DNA of 64,000 nucleotides from Planctomycetota bacterium (GTDB lineage: Bacteria; Planctomycetota; Uabimicrobiia; Uabimicrobiales; JABWCH01), in contig JAGVGO010000238.1 of the NCBI GenBank assembly GCA_020057085.1, forward strand, positions 1,361 to 65,360. Reading direction: 5' to 3'. The position numbers and the translations under genes are program-made. The notes under the pieces are model-generated. The model searched no databases. It saw nothing but the letters and a program-made list of their open reading frames with translations, and was not told where the DNA came from. Of the stretch, positions 15,977 to 25,852 are shown one piece after another (the first letter of the stretch is position 1; the number at the start of each line of letters is the position of its first letter).

Positions 15977-18367
15977 ATGGCACGCTACATTACCTGCCCA
16001 TTTTGTCAGTATAGATTTCCGGCATCTTCGCAACATACTGGCAGAAATATTCAGTGTCCACAATGTGCCGGAGCCGTAGATGCGTCCGGTACTGCTTTGC
16101 AGGGAGCGGAAGACGGTATCTGCCCTTTGTGCAAACAGACTTTAGCAAAGGAAAGTAGTACATGCAAAACTTGCGGCTGTGATATCAAGAGCGATACGGA
16201 AGTGGCGGTGCGTTTGCTGCCGGAAATTTTTGTGCGTCCGCCAAGCCAGGACATACCTACCTCGCATAGCCGAGGCTTGTTGTTGGCGATGGTACTGCTG
16301 GCATTGACCTCCGGTCTCTATTATTTCAAAGCCATGTCTCATGTGATACCGATCCTCACTCTATTGCCAGAAGATACCAAACTGGTGGTGTTGGCACACT
16401 GGAAAAGTGCACTCAAAGAGGAAGGCGGAGATGCCAGTAGCACATTCCTGTCGCATGTGCAAAGCAAAATTTTGCCATGTCTTTCTACCTTGCTGCCTGA
16501 TGCTCTCCAGGTTGACTGGCAAAACGATGTGAAATTGGTGTGCCTGCTTGGCAACGAACCCGCATTGTTCGACCAGATGCTGGAACAAAATTGCACACAG
16601 TGGTTGCCATATGCCGTTTTGCTCGATGGGCATTTTCCTGTCGAACGCTGGCACACGTACGCCACTGGCAAAAAGAGTAATTATCAGAATTGCCCAATTT
16701 GGCAACACATGCGCAAAGCGGACGAAGAGGCCAGTGCCGTTTTTTTTACTATATTGGAACCTAACATCGTAGTAATTAGCCGCGACCTCGACACGGTAAA
16801 GAACATCATCAGTGTGAGCAGAGGTTACAGCCAAGGCGTGGCACGCGGTTTTACCAACATGTTAGAGCCTGCCTCCGAGCCACATCTGTTACAGGTTTGC
16901 GGTCAGTTTCCAGCCAAGTTCTTTTCTGCCCAGTCGGTTCTCGGACATATTGCCCCGGAAATGATCTCACTACACAGATTATACCTGGCCGCCAGGTATG
17001 AGAACCGGAGTCTGAAAGTTCGCCTGGAGACAGGCTTTACCGCAGACAACGCCGCCCTGCATGCCAAAGAGGCATGGGAGCGACTGGCGAACGACAGTTT
17101 GAGCTTACTTATGGCTATATCTTCACCTTATGCAAAAAATTTTGCCGAGTGGCAACAAGGTAGTAAGGTACAATTCTTCAAACACAAATTGATGATCGAG
17201 TGGCAAACTAGCGATGAACACAGCCAGAAATTTTGGCAGTTTTTGTCATGGCTGCACAAAGAAAACGGCTACGAAACAATGCTGGCAGAGCATCACTGGC
17301 AGAAAATTGTCAAGGCCGAGGCAACGCAAAAACCTCTGTTGATCGAGACTTTTATGCAAGATACACGTTTTGCCAACAGCCCTCTATTGGCCAAGGTGAA
17401 GGAGCTACAACGTTCCTTACACAAAGAAAGCAAGGAAAATGAAGCGCAGACCGTCTACAACCAGCTTACCCAGAGAGTACCGACAGGCAATGTAGTACTG
17501 CGTTGGGCTGCCTTACAGCAATTTCCTGCCGGCTATGAGGGAACTGTTGTTGCCCGCCAGGTAAACCAGGAACTGGAAGAAGTCCAAAGACAACTGCGAC
17601 AGCAAGTGGAAGAAACAAACCAAACGGTAAAAAAACTGCTCGATAGCCACAAGAGCGAGGAACTCCGGACTCTTCTGGCCGCCAATCCATTGTTGACCCC
17701 CGAACAGATGGCAATTCTCAAAAAAGCCGGCGAGCAGAATCTGCAGTTGCAGACACATGTGCAGGTGTTGCACAAATTGTATGGAAACGCTCAACGCGAA
17801 CTGCAACAAGGTACGGTATCGGCAGTCTCATTCTTGCGAGAGGAGTTACCGGGGCTTGTGGCACGCCGCGAGTGGGACAATGCCACGCGCCAGGTGCGCG
17901 ATTGGCAAAGCCAGCTCAAGACCAGCGGCAAGGCTGTCGAACCCGGTCTTGGCAAAGCATTACAGGACATTGTCGAACTCAAAGCCTTGTTTAGCCAGGT
18001 CGCAGACACTTTGAGCGAAGCCGGCAAACAGAGGAAACAAGTGTCGGTAACTTTACGCAAAGGGGAAAGTTATACCGGCAAAGTGGCGAGGTTCAGCAAG
18101 AGCAAAGACAAATTCGAGATGCGCGACACCAAGGATCAGCCGCATATTGTAACCATAGAGGAAATCAAAGCGGCGACATTGAACGAACTCATTGCCAACA
18201 AGGACAGAACGGCAAAAACATGGTACTATATTGGCATGTTGGCACTCTACGAAGGACAAGAGCAAGAGGACAACAATAGCCTGCAACTGGCGCAGAAGTG
18301 CCTGAACGAAGCCAAAAAACTAGGCTTCGAGGCCGCCGTTGAGCTTTTGAAATCGTTGGAGAAATAG
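15977..18367 (+). CDS. Double zinc-ribbon membrane protein, function unknown
   Basis: 796-aa ORF, ATG preceded by AAAGGAG. Two CxxC...CxxC pairs at the N-terminus (CPFC/CPQC, CPLC/CKTC), one hydrophobic helix (LLLAMVLLALTSGLYYF), and a long, largely helical C-terminal region. It starts 14 nt after the kinase ORF. Confidence 0.7.
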   Translation: MARYITCPFCQYRFPASSQHTGRNIQCPQCAGAVDASGTALQGAEDGICPLCKQTLAKESSTCKTCGCDIKSDTEVAVRLLPEIFVRPPSQDIPTSHSRGLLLAMVLLALTSGLYYFKAMSHVIPILTLLPEDTKLVVLAHWKSALKEEGGDASSTFLSHVQSKILPCLSTLLPDALQVDWQNDVKLVCLLGNEPALFDQMLEQNCTQWLPYAVLLDGHFPVERWHTYATGKKSNYQNCPIWQHMRKADEEASAVFFTILEPNIVVISRDLDTVKNIISVSRGYSQGVARGFTNMLEPASEPHLLQVCGQFPAKFFSAQSVLGHIAPEMISLHRLYLAARYENRSLKVRLETGFTADNAALHAKEAWERLANDSLSLLMAISSPYAKNFAEWQQGSKVQFFKHKLMIEWQTSDEHSQKFWQFLSWLHKENGYETMLAEHHWQKIVKAEATQKPLLIETFMQDTRFANSPLLAKVKELQRSLHKESKENEAQTVYNQLTQRVPTGNVVLRWAALQQFPAGYEGTVVARQVNQELEEVQRQLRQQVEETNQTVKKLLDSHKSEELRTLLAANPLLTPEQMAILKKAGEQNLQLQTHVQVLHKLYGNAQRELQQGTVSAVSFLREELPGLVARREWDNATRQVRDWQSQLKTSGKAVEPGLGKALQDIVELKALFSQVADTLSEAGKQRKQVSVTLRKGESYTGKVARFSKSKDKFEMRDTKDQPHIVTIEEIKAATLNELIANKDRTAKTWYYIGMLALYEGQEQEDNNSLQLAQKCLNEAKKLGFEAAVELLKSLEK

Positions 18368-18375
18368 GGCATCCA

Positions 18376-19278
18376 ATGCAACCGACCTTAAGTTTCAAAG
18401 TTGATGTAGACACCCACGACGGCATGAAAAACGGTGTGCCGAAGTTGCTCGACATCCTGGCCGGCTGCCAGATAAAAGCCACTTTTTTTCTGGCGTTCGG
18501 GCCTGACAACTCAGGCAAAGCGATCTGGCAAATCTTTCGCCAGAAGGGCTTTCTCAAGAAAATGGTGAAAACCAAGGCGCCCAAGCTGTATGGCTGGCGC
18601 ACCGTGTTCTCCGGCACGCTCTTGCCTGCGCGTCCGATTGCTACCGCTTTTCCCGATCTGGTCCGGTGCATCCGCGACAGCGGCCATGACGTGGGCGTAC
18701 ATGCCTGGGACCATCGTCTGTGGCAAGATCACTTGCACCACATGTCGCGCGAAGCGATAAATACGCAATTTGCCCGAGCCTGTGGCGCTTTCCACAGCAT
18801 CCTCGGCGACAAACCACAGGCCGTGGCTTCACCGTCCTGGCAGGCTACGCCGTTGAGCCTTGCCGTAGAAGACACGCTGGGGATTCTCTACGCCAGCGAC
18901 CTGCGCGGCGGCGCACCATGTTTCCCGCAGATGGAGAATTATACCGCCACTACCCTGCAACTTCCCACCACCACTCGCTGCCTGGAAGAACTCCTGACGA
19001 TGGGCGTGCATGACGAAAAAGGCTGGGAAGCCGCCTTGCTTGAAGATTGTAAGCTACAAACGCACACCGTGTTTCCGTTGCATGCCGAAGTGGAAGGCGG
19101 ACCTTTTGCCGGTTTCTTTGCACAATTGCTGCCCAAGATGCTGGCGCAAGGGGTAAAGGTAATCACCATGCAGGAGTACGCACAAAGAGTCCTGGCCAAA
19201 CGCGAAGATATCTGCATCCGCCAGGTACGCATGGTTGAAATACCAGGCCGCGGTGGCTGTGTTGCGGCTTATTTGTAA
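18376..19278 (+). CDS. Polysaccharide deacetylase-family enzyme, ArnD-like (4-deoxy-4-formamido-L-arabinose-phosphoundecaprenol deformylase-like)
   Basis: 300-aa ORF. N-terminus LSFKVDVDTHDGMKNGVPKLLDILAGCQIKATFFLAFGPDNSGKAIW and the GVHAWDH metal-binding motif resemble ArnD/NodB-fold deacetylases. Confidence 0.75.
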   Translation: MQPTLSFKVDVDTHDGMKNGVPKLLDILAGCQIKATFFLAFGPDNSGKAIWQIFRQKGFLKKMVKTKAPKLYGWRTVFSGTLLPARPIATAFPDLVRCIRDSGHDVGVHAWDHRLWQDHLHHMSREAINTQFARACGAFHSILGDKPQAVASPSWQATPLSLAVEDTLGILYASDLRGGAPCFPQMENYTATTLQLPTTTRCLEELLTMGVHDEKGWEAALLEDCKLQTHTVFPLHAEVEGGPFAGFFAQLLPKMLAQGVKVITMQEYAQRVLAKREDICIRQVRMVEIPGRGGCVAAYL

Positions 19279-19286
19279 AGGAAAAA

Positions 19287-21005
19287 GTGATAATAATGAT
19301 GTGGAGCAAAGACAAAATAGTGTGGCTATTGCCACTGGTGATCTACCTCGCCTTGCTCGGCCATGCACCGCTCCTCGATACCGACGAAGGCCGCTATGCC
19401 GAGATTGCCCAGTACATGGTAAAAAGTGGCGACTGGTTGGTACCGCACCTCAACCAGGTGGTTTATTTTGAGAAACCGCCACTGTTCTACTGGTTTACCG
19501 CTTTTTCATTCCTGGTGTTCGGCCAGAACGAATTTGCCGCGCGTCTGGTATCTGTCGTTTTTGCGTTTCTCACCTTGCTCCTGACTTACCGTCTTGCCTA
19601 CTCGCTCGCCGGTGAGAAATTGGCCAGGTACAGTGGGATGGTATTTGCGGTGCTGCTATTCAATTTCGTGGTCGGCAGACTGGTGAGCCTGGACATGACT
19701 GTGGCATTCTTTATCGCCTGGGCCATCTGCGAATTCTACTGGTACATGCACACCAGGCTGCGGCGGCACATTTACCTTGGCTACCTTGCCTGTGGTCTGG
19801 CGATGATGGCCAAGGGACTCATCGGCGTCGTGCTGCCAGTCGGCGTCATCGGATTATATGCACTTCTGACGCAACGCTGGCGTATGCTGTGGCGGCTCAT
19901 TTCGCCGGTGGGTATTCTTTTGTTCGTTTCGGTGACGTTGCCTTGGTATGGTTTCATGACGATGCGCTTCCCTGGCGAAGGCGGCTATTTCGGGCCGGGC
20001 GGCTATTTCGACTTTTTTATCATGCGCCACCATTTTTATCGCTTCACCTCGGGCATGTCCCATCAGGAAGGTGTGTTTTATTTCTTCGGCGTGGTATTGG
20101 TGGGAATGTTGCCATATCTGCTGTTCCTGCCGCGCTGGCTGTATGATCTGCGCCATACCGGTTGGCCGTTCTGGCGCGAACGACGGGATAGCGTGCTGTT
20201 TCTGCTCGCCTGGTTTGGCCTGATATTCGTGTTTTTCTCCATCTCGCAATCGAAACTCATGCCTTATGTGTCGCCGCTTTTTCCGCCGCTTGCGGTACTC
20301 CTTGCCAGCGTGGTGGCAGCATGGCTGAAACTGCCGCCGCAGGAAAACCGCTGGTTCAGTTTGTGGGAGTCGCTCGTGTTCTTCGTCGCCTGGCTCTCGC
20401 TCTTTCTCATTCCGTTGTTAGTGACGATGCTCATAGACCGACGTGGATGGTTGCTGGGCACAGTGCTATTGAGCCTGCCGCTTCTGGCTCTGGTCTTGCT
20501 GCCATGGCGCACGCACCTTGGCAAAGAGCGACAGGTGCGTGCTTTGTCGGTATTGTTCGCTACCCTGTTGGCATTTTCTCCCCTGCTAATATCCTCTTTC
20601 GCGGCCTCTTACAAGTCGGGCAGAAATATCGCTTTGGCCTTGCAAAAGCACTACAAGCCTCAAGATGTCATCGTGCATTTTGAAGGGTACGTCAACAGTC
20701 TGGCTTTTTATGCAGGAAAATATTGTAATGAGCGGCCTATAGTCGTTGACTATCCACGGGAACATCGTTTTGGCGTACAAAGACTACCTCTGGAAGAACA
20801 GAAAACCTATTGCCCGGAAGTAAGCGAATTCGCCGCACGCTGGCCAGGCGAAACGCGCAGACTGTTGTGCGTGTACCGGGCGCGCGAGTTGCGCAAAAGT
20901 AATGGCCAGGAACAAGTGCGGCAGGAACTCGGCACCGTTTTGGGCAAAGTCTATTTTCTCGAATGGTGTGGCGAATATGTGTTGTTCAGCAATCGCGAGC
21001 CATAA
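19287..21005 (+). CDS. GT-C family (GT39/ArnT-like) lipid-linked glycosyltransferase
   Basis: 572-aa polytopic ORF. DTDEGRYAEIAQYMVKSGDWLVPHLNQVVYFEKPPLFYW closely mirrors the ArnT/PMT N-terminal loop motif. GTG start, with an ATG three codons downstream as an alternative. Confidence 0.85.
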   Translation: MIIMMWSKDKIVWLLPLVIYLALLGHAPLLDTDEGRYAEIAQYMVKSGDWLVPHLNQVVYFEKPPLFYWFTAFSFLVFGQNEFAARLVSVVFAFLTLLLTYRLAYSLAGEKLARYSGMVFAVLLFNFVVGRLVSLDMTVAFFIAWAICEFYWYMHTRLRRHIYLGYLACGLAMMAKGLIGVVLPVGVIGLYALLTQRWRMLWRLISPVGILLFVSVTLPWYGFMTMRFPGEGGYFGPGGYFDFFIMRHHFYRFTSGMSHQEGVFYFFGVVLVGMLPYLLFLPRWLYDLRHTGWPFWRERRDSVLFLLAWFGLIFVFFSISQSKLMPYVSPLFPPLAVLLASVVAAWLKLPPQENRWFSLWESLVFFVAWLSLFLIPLLVTMLIDRRGWLLGTVLLSLPLLALVLLPWRTHLGKERQVRALSVLFATLLAFSPLLISSFAASYKSGRNIALALQKHYKPQDVIVHFEGYVNSLAFYAGKYCNERPIVVDYPREHRFGVQRLPLEEQKTYCPEVSEFAARWPGETRRLLCVYRARELRKSNGQEQVRQELGTVLGKVYFLEWCGEYVLFSNREP

Positions 21006-21009
21006 ATCG

Positions 21010-21558
21010 CTAGTCTGCGCTCCCGCCATCTTTACAAAATTCTTCGGGACATTGCGATTTGAACCTGCCCTGGTAAATGGCTGCACCGATGGTGAGATGG
21101 AAGATGAACTGGCAGACGGCGATACCCGGCACGATTTCGAGCGGGATGGGACCGAAATTACTCATTTCCAGCACCTGGTGGTTGGCGATACCCGGCTGCA
21201 TGAAGCTGGCAGAGATGTGCACGAGCAACCCCATGCGGGCGAATTTACTGCGCCCTTCCAGCCAGCCGCCGATGTTGTCGGCAGTCTTGATTTTTTCTTC
21301 GGTCATGCCGAGAATGGTTTCGTTCGGCATCAGTAGCAAACTTTCCTTGTCATGCAGCCACATGCCGGTGGTAAACTCACGATAGTCAACATCGTCAGTG
21401 ACGCGAATGATCTTACGCGGACTACGGAACACACGAAAAGCTCGACTCAAATGAAGGTCCACCGAAGCCGGTCCGACACACTCCTCATGATAGGGCGTAA
21501 TTTCGATGCGTTTAGCATGGATTTGTGCCAGAATTTCGTCATGCGTTAAGATGCTCAT
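21010..21558 (-). CDS. dcd: dCTP deaminase
   Basis: The ORF track gives 262 aa, but the family-length protein starts at MSILTHDEIL (ATG at 21558). Motifs SVDLHL, GWLEGRSKFARMGLLVH and PG...LEMSNFGPIPLEIVPGIAVCQ match Dcd/dUTPase-fold deaminases. Confidence 0.85.
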   Translation of the reverse strand: MSILTHDEILAQIHAKRIEITPYHEECVGPASVDLHLSRAFRVFRSPRKIIRVTDDVDYREFTTGMWLHDKESLLLMPNETILGMTEEKIKTADNIGGWLEGRSKFARMGLLVHISASFMQPGIANHQVLEMSNFGPIPLEIVPGIAVCQFIFHLTIGAAIYQGRFKSQCPEEFCKDGGSAD

Positions 21559-21679
21559 GGTTTCTGCCTTTCTAACAGATTGACGTTGGGCCACAATAGA
21601 TCCAGAAAAATCATTATACAATTTGTCGGAATATTGCCAAAAGAAAAAAGATAAAATGTGGATATTGAAAGGAAAATTT

Positions 21680-22585
21680 ATGTATTTTACACTTCGTCTC
21701 ATTTGCCTGCTTCTGTTGAGCCTCTTGTCTGCCGCTCCGCTTTCGGCCTGCTCGATATTCATGACCACAGATGGTAAGGCGGTGCTGGTGGGCAACAATG
21801 AGGACTACATCCTGAGCGACGCCCGTATCACTTTTACCCCGGAAAATGGCAGCAAATACGGCACGCTCATCTTCAGCTTCGACGCCGGCTCTTTACCCGG
21901 TTTCCCCCAGGGCGGGATGAATACGGCCGGCCTGTTTTATGATATTACGGCGACTCCGGCCAGCGAAGTCGTCTTCGCTCCGGGACAGCCCATTTACGAA
22001 GGGTATCTGCCACAGAAGATGCTTGAAGATTGCGCCACGGTGGAGGAGGCGTGGGCGTTGCTCCAGAAATATGCGATGCCCGGCATTGGCCAAGGCCATA
22101 TCTTTCTGACCGATAAGGGTGGCAACGCAGCGATAGTCGGCGTTGCCAAGGACAAACAACTCCACATCACCCGCAAAACCGAAAAATTTCTGGTGCTGAC
22201 CAATTTCAACCTGGACAATCCTGCACTTGGCGGTTATCCCTGCTACCGCCATGCCCTGGCCACGGAGCTGCTGCAAAAGAATCCGGCCACGACTGTAGAT
22301 AACTGCCGCGCACTCTTGTCCGCCGTCCATGTCGAAGGGTTGGCGGCCACGATTTATTCCAACATCTGCGACCTCAACAACGGCGAGATGTACCTCTACT
22401 ATTTCCACAACTTCGAGATCGCCGTCAAGATCAATCTGGCCGAAGAGTTGAGCAAAGGCCAACACAGCGTCACCATCTCCTCGCTCTTTCCCTACCGGCC
22501 TTTTTCCGTCATCGTCACCGACGAGACGCGCAAACTCGTGATCCCGCTCCTGGAACAGCATTACCAGCAGCAACAGCAAAAATAG
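21680..22585 (+). CDS. Secreted Ntn-hydrolase superfamily protein (choloylglycine hydrolase / C45-like)
   Basis: Start chosen at MYFTLRLICLLLL (AAAGGA upstream). The signal peptide ends LSA|CSIF, which exposes an N-terminal Cys and also fits a lipobox. It is followed by VLVGNNEDY, the pattern of Cys-nucleophile linear-amide hydrolases. Confidence 0.6.
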   Translation: MYFTLRLICLLLLSLLSAAPLSACSIFMTTDGKAVLVGNNEDYILSDARITFTPENGSKYGTLIFSFDAGSLPGFPQGGMNTAGLFYDITATPASEVVFAPGQPIYEGYLPQKMLEDCATVEEAWALLQKYAMPGIGQGHIFLTDKGGNAAIVGVAKDKQLHITRKTEKFLVLTNFNLDNPALGGYPCYRHALATELLQKNPATTVDNCRALLSAVHVEGLAATIYSNICDLNNGEMYLYYFHNFEIAVKINLAEELSKGQHSVTISSLFPYRPFSVIVTDETRKLVIPLLEQHYQQQQQK

Positions 22586-22654
22586 GCGTCTGAGAAAAAA
22601 TAAGATGCGGAAGGAATTATCCCAAACAATACTTTTGAAGGAGTAAAACCTGCG

Positions 22655-25600
22655 CTAGCGCCCGCTTTTTCCCCACACCAGGATTTCCCCGGCATAATTG
22701 CCGGTGGCGAGTAGCTGTCCCTGAGGATCGAAAGTGAGCGCGGTGACCGAGGATGTGTGCCCGCTCTTGCCGGCAATGAGCAATCCATCGTGCAGGCTCC
22801 ACAAGAGTATCTTCTTGTCGCGTGAGCCGCTGGCCAGAATCTCTTCCTGTTCGCCGAAGGCCAGGGCTGTCACCGGCATGGTGTGGCCTTCCAGCACCAT
22901 GCGGAGCTGGCCGCTACGGCCGTCCCACACTTTCACTATATTGTCGCCGCCTGCCGAGGCAAGCCAGCGGCCGCTTGCGGAAAAAGAAAGAGCGAGTACG
23001 CCTCCCTGATGCGCCTTGTGTGTCCATATCTCCGGTACTTCTTTACGTACCACCAGTTTGAGATAACCATTGCGGTCGCCGACGGCAAAACGCGCGAAGT
23101 CGGGTGATACCGCAATCTGTCGTACCTGCGGCTGGCAAAACTCGCCGACAAACCGATAGGGCGAATTTTCCAGAGCGGCCTCCGATATCTGCCATGTTCC
23201 GCCGGCTTCCATGTGCTCCCAGAATTTGTCTTTGGTTTTGTTGCTCACGCTTTCCAGCATGCCACTCACGAAGAAAATAGCCGGGGTAATGGTGAACTCG
23301 TGCGAGGTGGCAAAATAGCCGTCAATGGAACGCTCGATTTGCCAATTGGCCACCCGTAGCGTGTGGATTTTCTGATCGTTGCCGGCACAAACCAAAAAAT
23401 CGCCTTGTGGGCTGAACGCCAGTCCCCATACTTTGTCCTCGTGCAGTTTCATGGCAAAGGTGAGCGGCAAATAAGCCCAATAGAAATAGCGGGAGCGCAG
23501 CGGCCACAATATTTGTGCCTTGTTGCCGGCACGGTCGCGGGCTTCGATGGGCAGCGTAAAGGCCTCTTTGTGTCTGGTCAGGGCCAGCAGCGGCACTTCG
23601 ATTTGCCAGCTCCCCTGGCTGCTCTCTGTCAGTGGTACACGCAGACCAGCAACACTGAGAAAAGCGATCCCCGAGGCATCTTCCACCCGTCCACGCACGG
23701 TGATGCGTGGGCCGTACGACACGCTGTCGGCAGGCGGCGACACAATCGTCAATATCGGTGGCGTAATGTCCTCCGGCAGAGTGGCGGTGAGACTTGCGGT
23801 ATTGCCTGCATCGTCGCGCACTACAAACGGCAGTTTGCCTTGCACTGCGCTCGCCGCAATGGTGTAACGCCATGCTTGAGAATCTTTGGCGCTGCTGCGG
23901 AAAATGGGCTGGCCCCGAGCCTCCACAGTCACACCATTCTCATCCTTGGCCTTGCCTGTGATGAGCCATGTGGTGCCATCGTTGGCCAGCGCCACATGTT
24001 CTATCTCTGCACGCGGCGGAGTGGTATCAATGGTGACGGCGACACGACTGAGCGACAAGTCACACATCTCATCACGGTAGCTCAACGTCAGTTCATGATC
24101 CCCTTCCGGCAGTTCCAGCGATAGCTGCCATGTGTTCTGCGCCATCGGCACAACCGGCATGCCTTGCAGCGTGAGCCAGGAGGTATAAGCAGGCTGCGGC
24201 AACGTACCACGCACAGTCAGATTGTGCTCACGCAGCAACGCGCCTCTTGACGGAAATTGTATGGCGCATTGCTCCTGCAGCCACTGTTGCAGTTGTGCTT
24301 TGCCTGTCTCGTATCGCTCTTGCCAGGGCGGCCGAGAAAGATGCTGCCGGCACAGCGTAAGCGCCTCGATAAATTGTTTTTTGCGCAGATGTGTTTCATA
24401 GGTGGCAACAAGCTTCCATTCCACGATATTTTTTTCCAGTTGCCGTCGAGTCTCTTCCGGCAAAAAAGGCAACAAAGCGGCAAGCTGGCGCTGGACGCCA
24501 GGAGCGTCCTGGCGTGAGATAGCCTGGTGCATAGTTTCGAGTGACGAGCCGAGACGCAGGCGCTTTGCCTGTTTCTGCAAGATGCTGCGTATACCTTGCG
24601 GCCTCTGGCATGCCTCGGCTAACTCCGCCGCCTTGACATATTCTCCTTGTTGCGTCAACTCGCTGAGCTGACCATTCATGTAATAAAACGACACATAAGC
24701 ATGCAACCAGTTGTCTTCTGCGCTCTCCTCCCAGGAGGACAAACTTGCCAGCCAGGCCGGTATTTCTTCGAGTGACAGGTTGGGCAGCCTTGCCAGAGCA
24801 GCCTTACGCAATATGCCACGCGCCTCTTGTGGGAAACTTTGTTTGGCCTGTTGCGCCAGCCGCTCGGCTTCCGCATAATGTTGTTGTTCCAGCGCGTAAG
24901 CCGCCTCTGCCAGGGCTCTCTTGTGCTGTCTCCGCTCTTGATAGAACATGGCGGCATAGCAGAGCACACAGAGCAGCAAGATAGTCGCGCCGATCGCCGC
25001 CAAGCTGCGCCTGGCGACATACCGGCGGCGACTCCAGGCATCTTGCCAGGCAACAAAAAATTCGTGGGCAGTCTGGTAACGCTCGGCGGGAGTAATCGCC
25101 AGTGCTTTGCTCAACACTTTGTCCAGGGCAGGCGGCAGATTCGGGCGGTAGTGTGAGGCGGGTGGTGTTTTCTGGCATGTCACCTGATAGGCCCATTTTT
25201 CCAGGCTTTCTGCCGCTACCGGCGGCATACCGGCGATCATCTGGTAAAGGCAGGCGGCGGCGCTATAAAGATCGCTGCGCAGATCCGCCTGGTTGTGCAG
25301 AATCTGCTCCGGCGCTACATAACTGAGTGTGCCGGCGTCGCTGTTTTTGTGCTTCTCTTCGCGCAGTGCCGCCAGGCCGAAATCGAGAAGGCGTAGTTCG
25401 TGCCTGCCGTCTTTGCTCTCGCTCACCAACAGATTGGCCGGCTTGATGTCGCCGTGCCGAATGCCTTTGCGGTGTGCCTCCTTGAGGCAGAGCAATAATT
25501 GCTCGCCAAAAATCTTCAGTTGCCGCAAGGTAAAGCGGCGTTTCTGCAGTAGCCTTGCCATCGTCTCGCCGGGGTGGTAATCCAGCACCAGATACATGGT

Positions 25601-25846
25601 GTCTTGCCAGGCAGCAATGTCTCGCACGGCTACTGCATAAGGACTCACGAAATAGGCGGACAGCGCCGCTTCGCGCAGGAATCGCTCGCGGTGTGCCGGC
25701 ACGGCGAGTAGTTCCTGGCGCAACAGTTTCACCACCACAAGCTGGCCAAGATCGTTATCCCTTGCCTTGTAGACGATACTCGTCGTGCCTTCGCCGAGGC
25801 GCTCTTCGATACTGTATTTGCCGTCAATCACATCACCGGTTTGCAT
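22655..25846 (-). CDS. Ser/Thr protein kinase (non-RD, HGD) with TM helix, helical repeats, Ig-like segments and C-terminal WD40 repeats
   Basis: 1063-aa ORF. G-loop LGEGTTSIVY, VVVKLL, HGDIKPANLL, DFGLA, SYVAPEQ. One TM (AAIGATILLLCVLCYAAMFY). The C-terminus carries WD40-like units (GGVLALSFSASGRWLASAGGDNIVKVWD, HTMPVTALAF..., HTSSVTALTFDPQGQLLATG). Confidence 0.9.
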   Translation of the reverse strand: MQTGDVIDGKYSIEERLGEGTTSIVYKARDNDLGQLVVVKLLRQELLAVPAHRERFLREAALSAYFVSPYAVAVRDIAAWQDTMYLVLDYHPGETMARLLQKRRFTLRQLKIFGEQLLLCLKEAHRKGIRHGDIKPANLLVSESKDGRHELRLLDFGLAALREEKHKNSDAGTLSYVAPEQILHNQADLRSDLYSAAACLYQMIAGMPPVAAESLEKWAYQVTCQKTPPASHYRPNLPPALDKVLSKALAITPAERYQTAHEFFVAWQDAWSRRRYVARRSLAAIGATILLLCVLCYAAMFYQERRQHKRALAEAAYALEQQHYAEAERLAQQAKQSFPQEARGILRKAALARLPNLSLEEIPAWLASLSSWEESAEDNWLHAYVSFYYMNGQLSELTQQGEYVKAAELAEACQRPQGIRSILQKQAKRLRLGSSLETMHQAISRQDAPGVQRQLAALLPFLPEETRRQLEKNIVEWKLVATYETHLRKKQFIEALTLCRQHLSRPPWQERYETGKAQLQQWLQEQCAIQFPSRGALLREHNLTVRGTLPQPAYTSWLTLQGMPVVPMAQNTWQLSLELPEGDHELTLSYRDEMCDLSLSRVAVTIDTTPPRAEIEHVALANDGTTWLITGKAKDENGVTVEARGQPIFRSSAKDSQAWRYTIAASAVQGKLPFVVRDDAGNTASLTATLPEDITPPILTIVSPPADSVSYGPRITVRGRVEDASGIAFLSVAGLRVPLTESSQGSWQIEVPLLALTRHKEAFTLPIEARDRAGNKAQILWPLRSRYFYWAYLPLTFAMKLHEDKVWGLAFSPQGDFLVCAGNDQKIHTLRVANWQIERSIDGYFATSHEFTITPAIFFVSGMLESVSNKTKDKFWEHMEAGGTWQISEAALENSPYRFVGEFCQPQVRQIAVSPDFARFAVGDRNGYLKLVVRKEVPEIWTHKAHQGGVLALSFSASGRWLASAGGDNIVKVWDGRSGQLRMVLEGHTMPVTALAFGEQEEILASGSRDKKILLWSLHDGLLIAGKSGHTSSVTALTFDPQGQLLATGNYAGEILVWGKSGR

Positions 25847-25852
25847 AATTAT

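Noticed and set aside
21559-21798. 80-codon N-terminal extension of dcd in the track ORF
   Set aside because: Dcd homology begins at MSILTHDE (ATG at 21558). The extension overlaps the promoter and 5' region of the divergent hydrolase gene.
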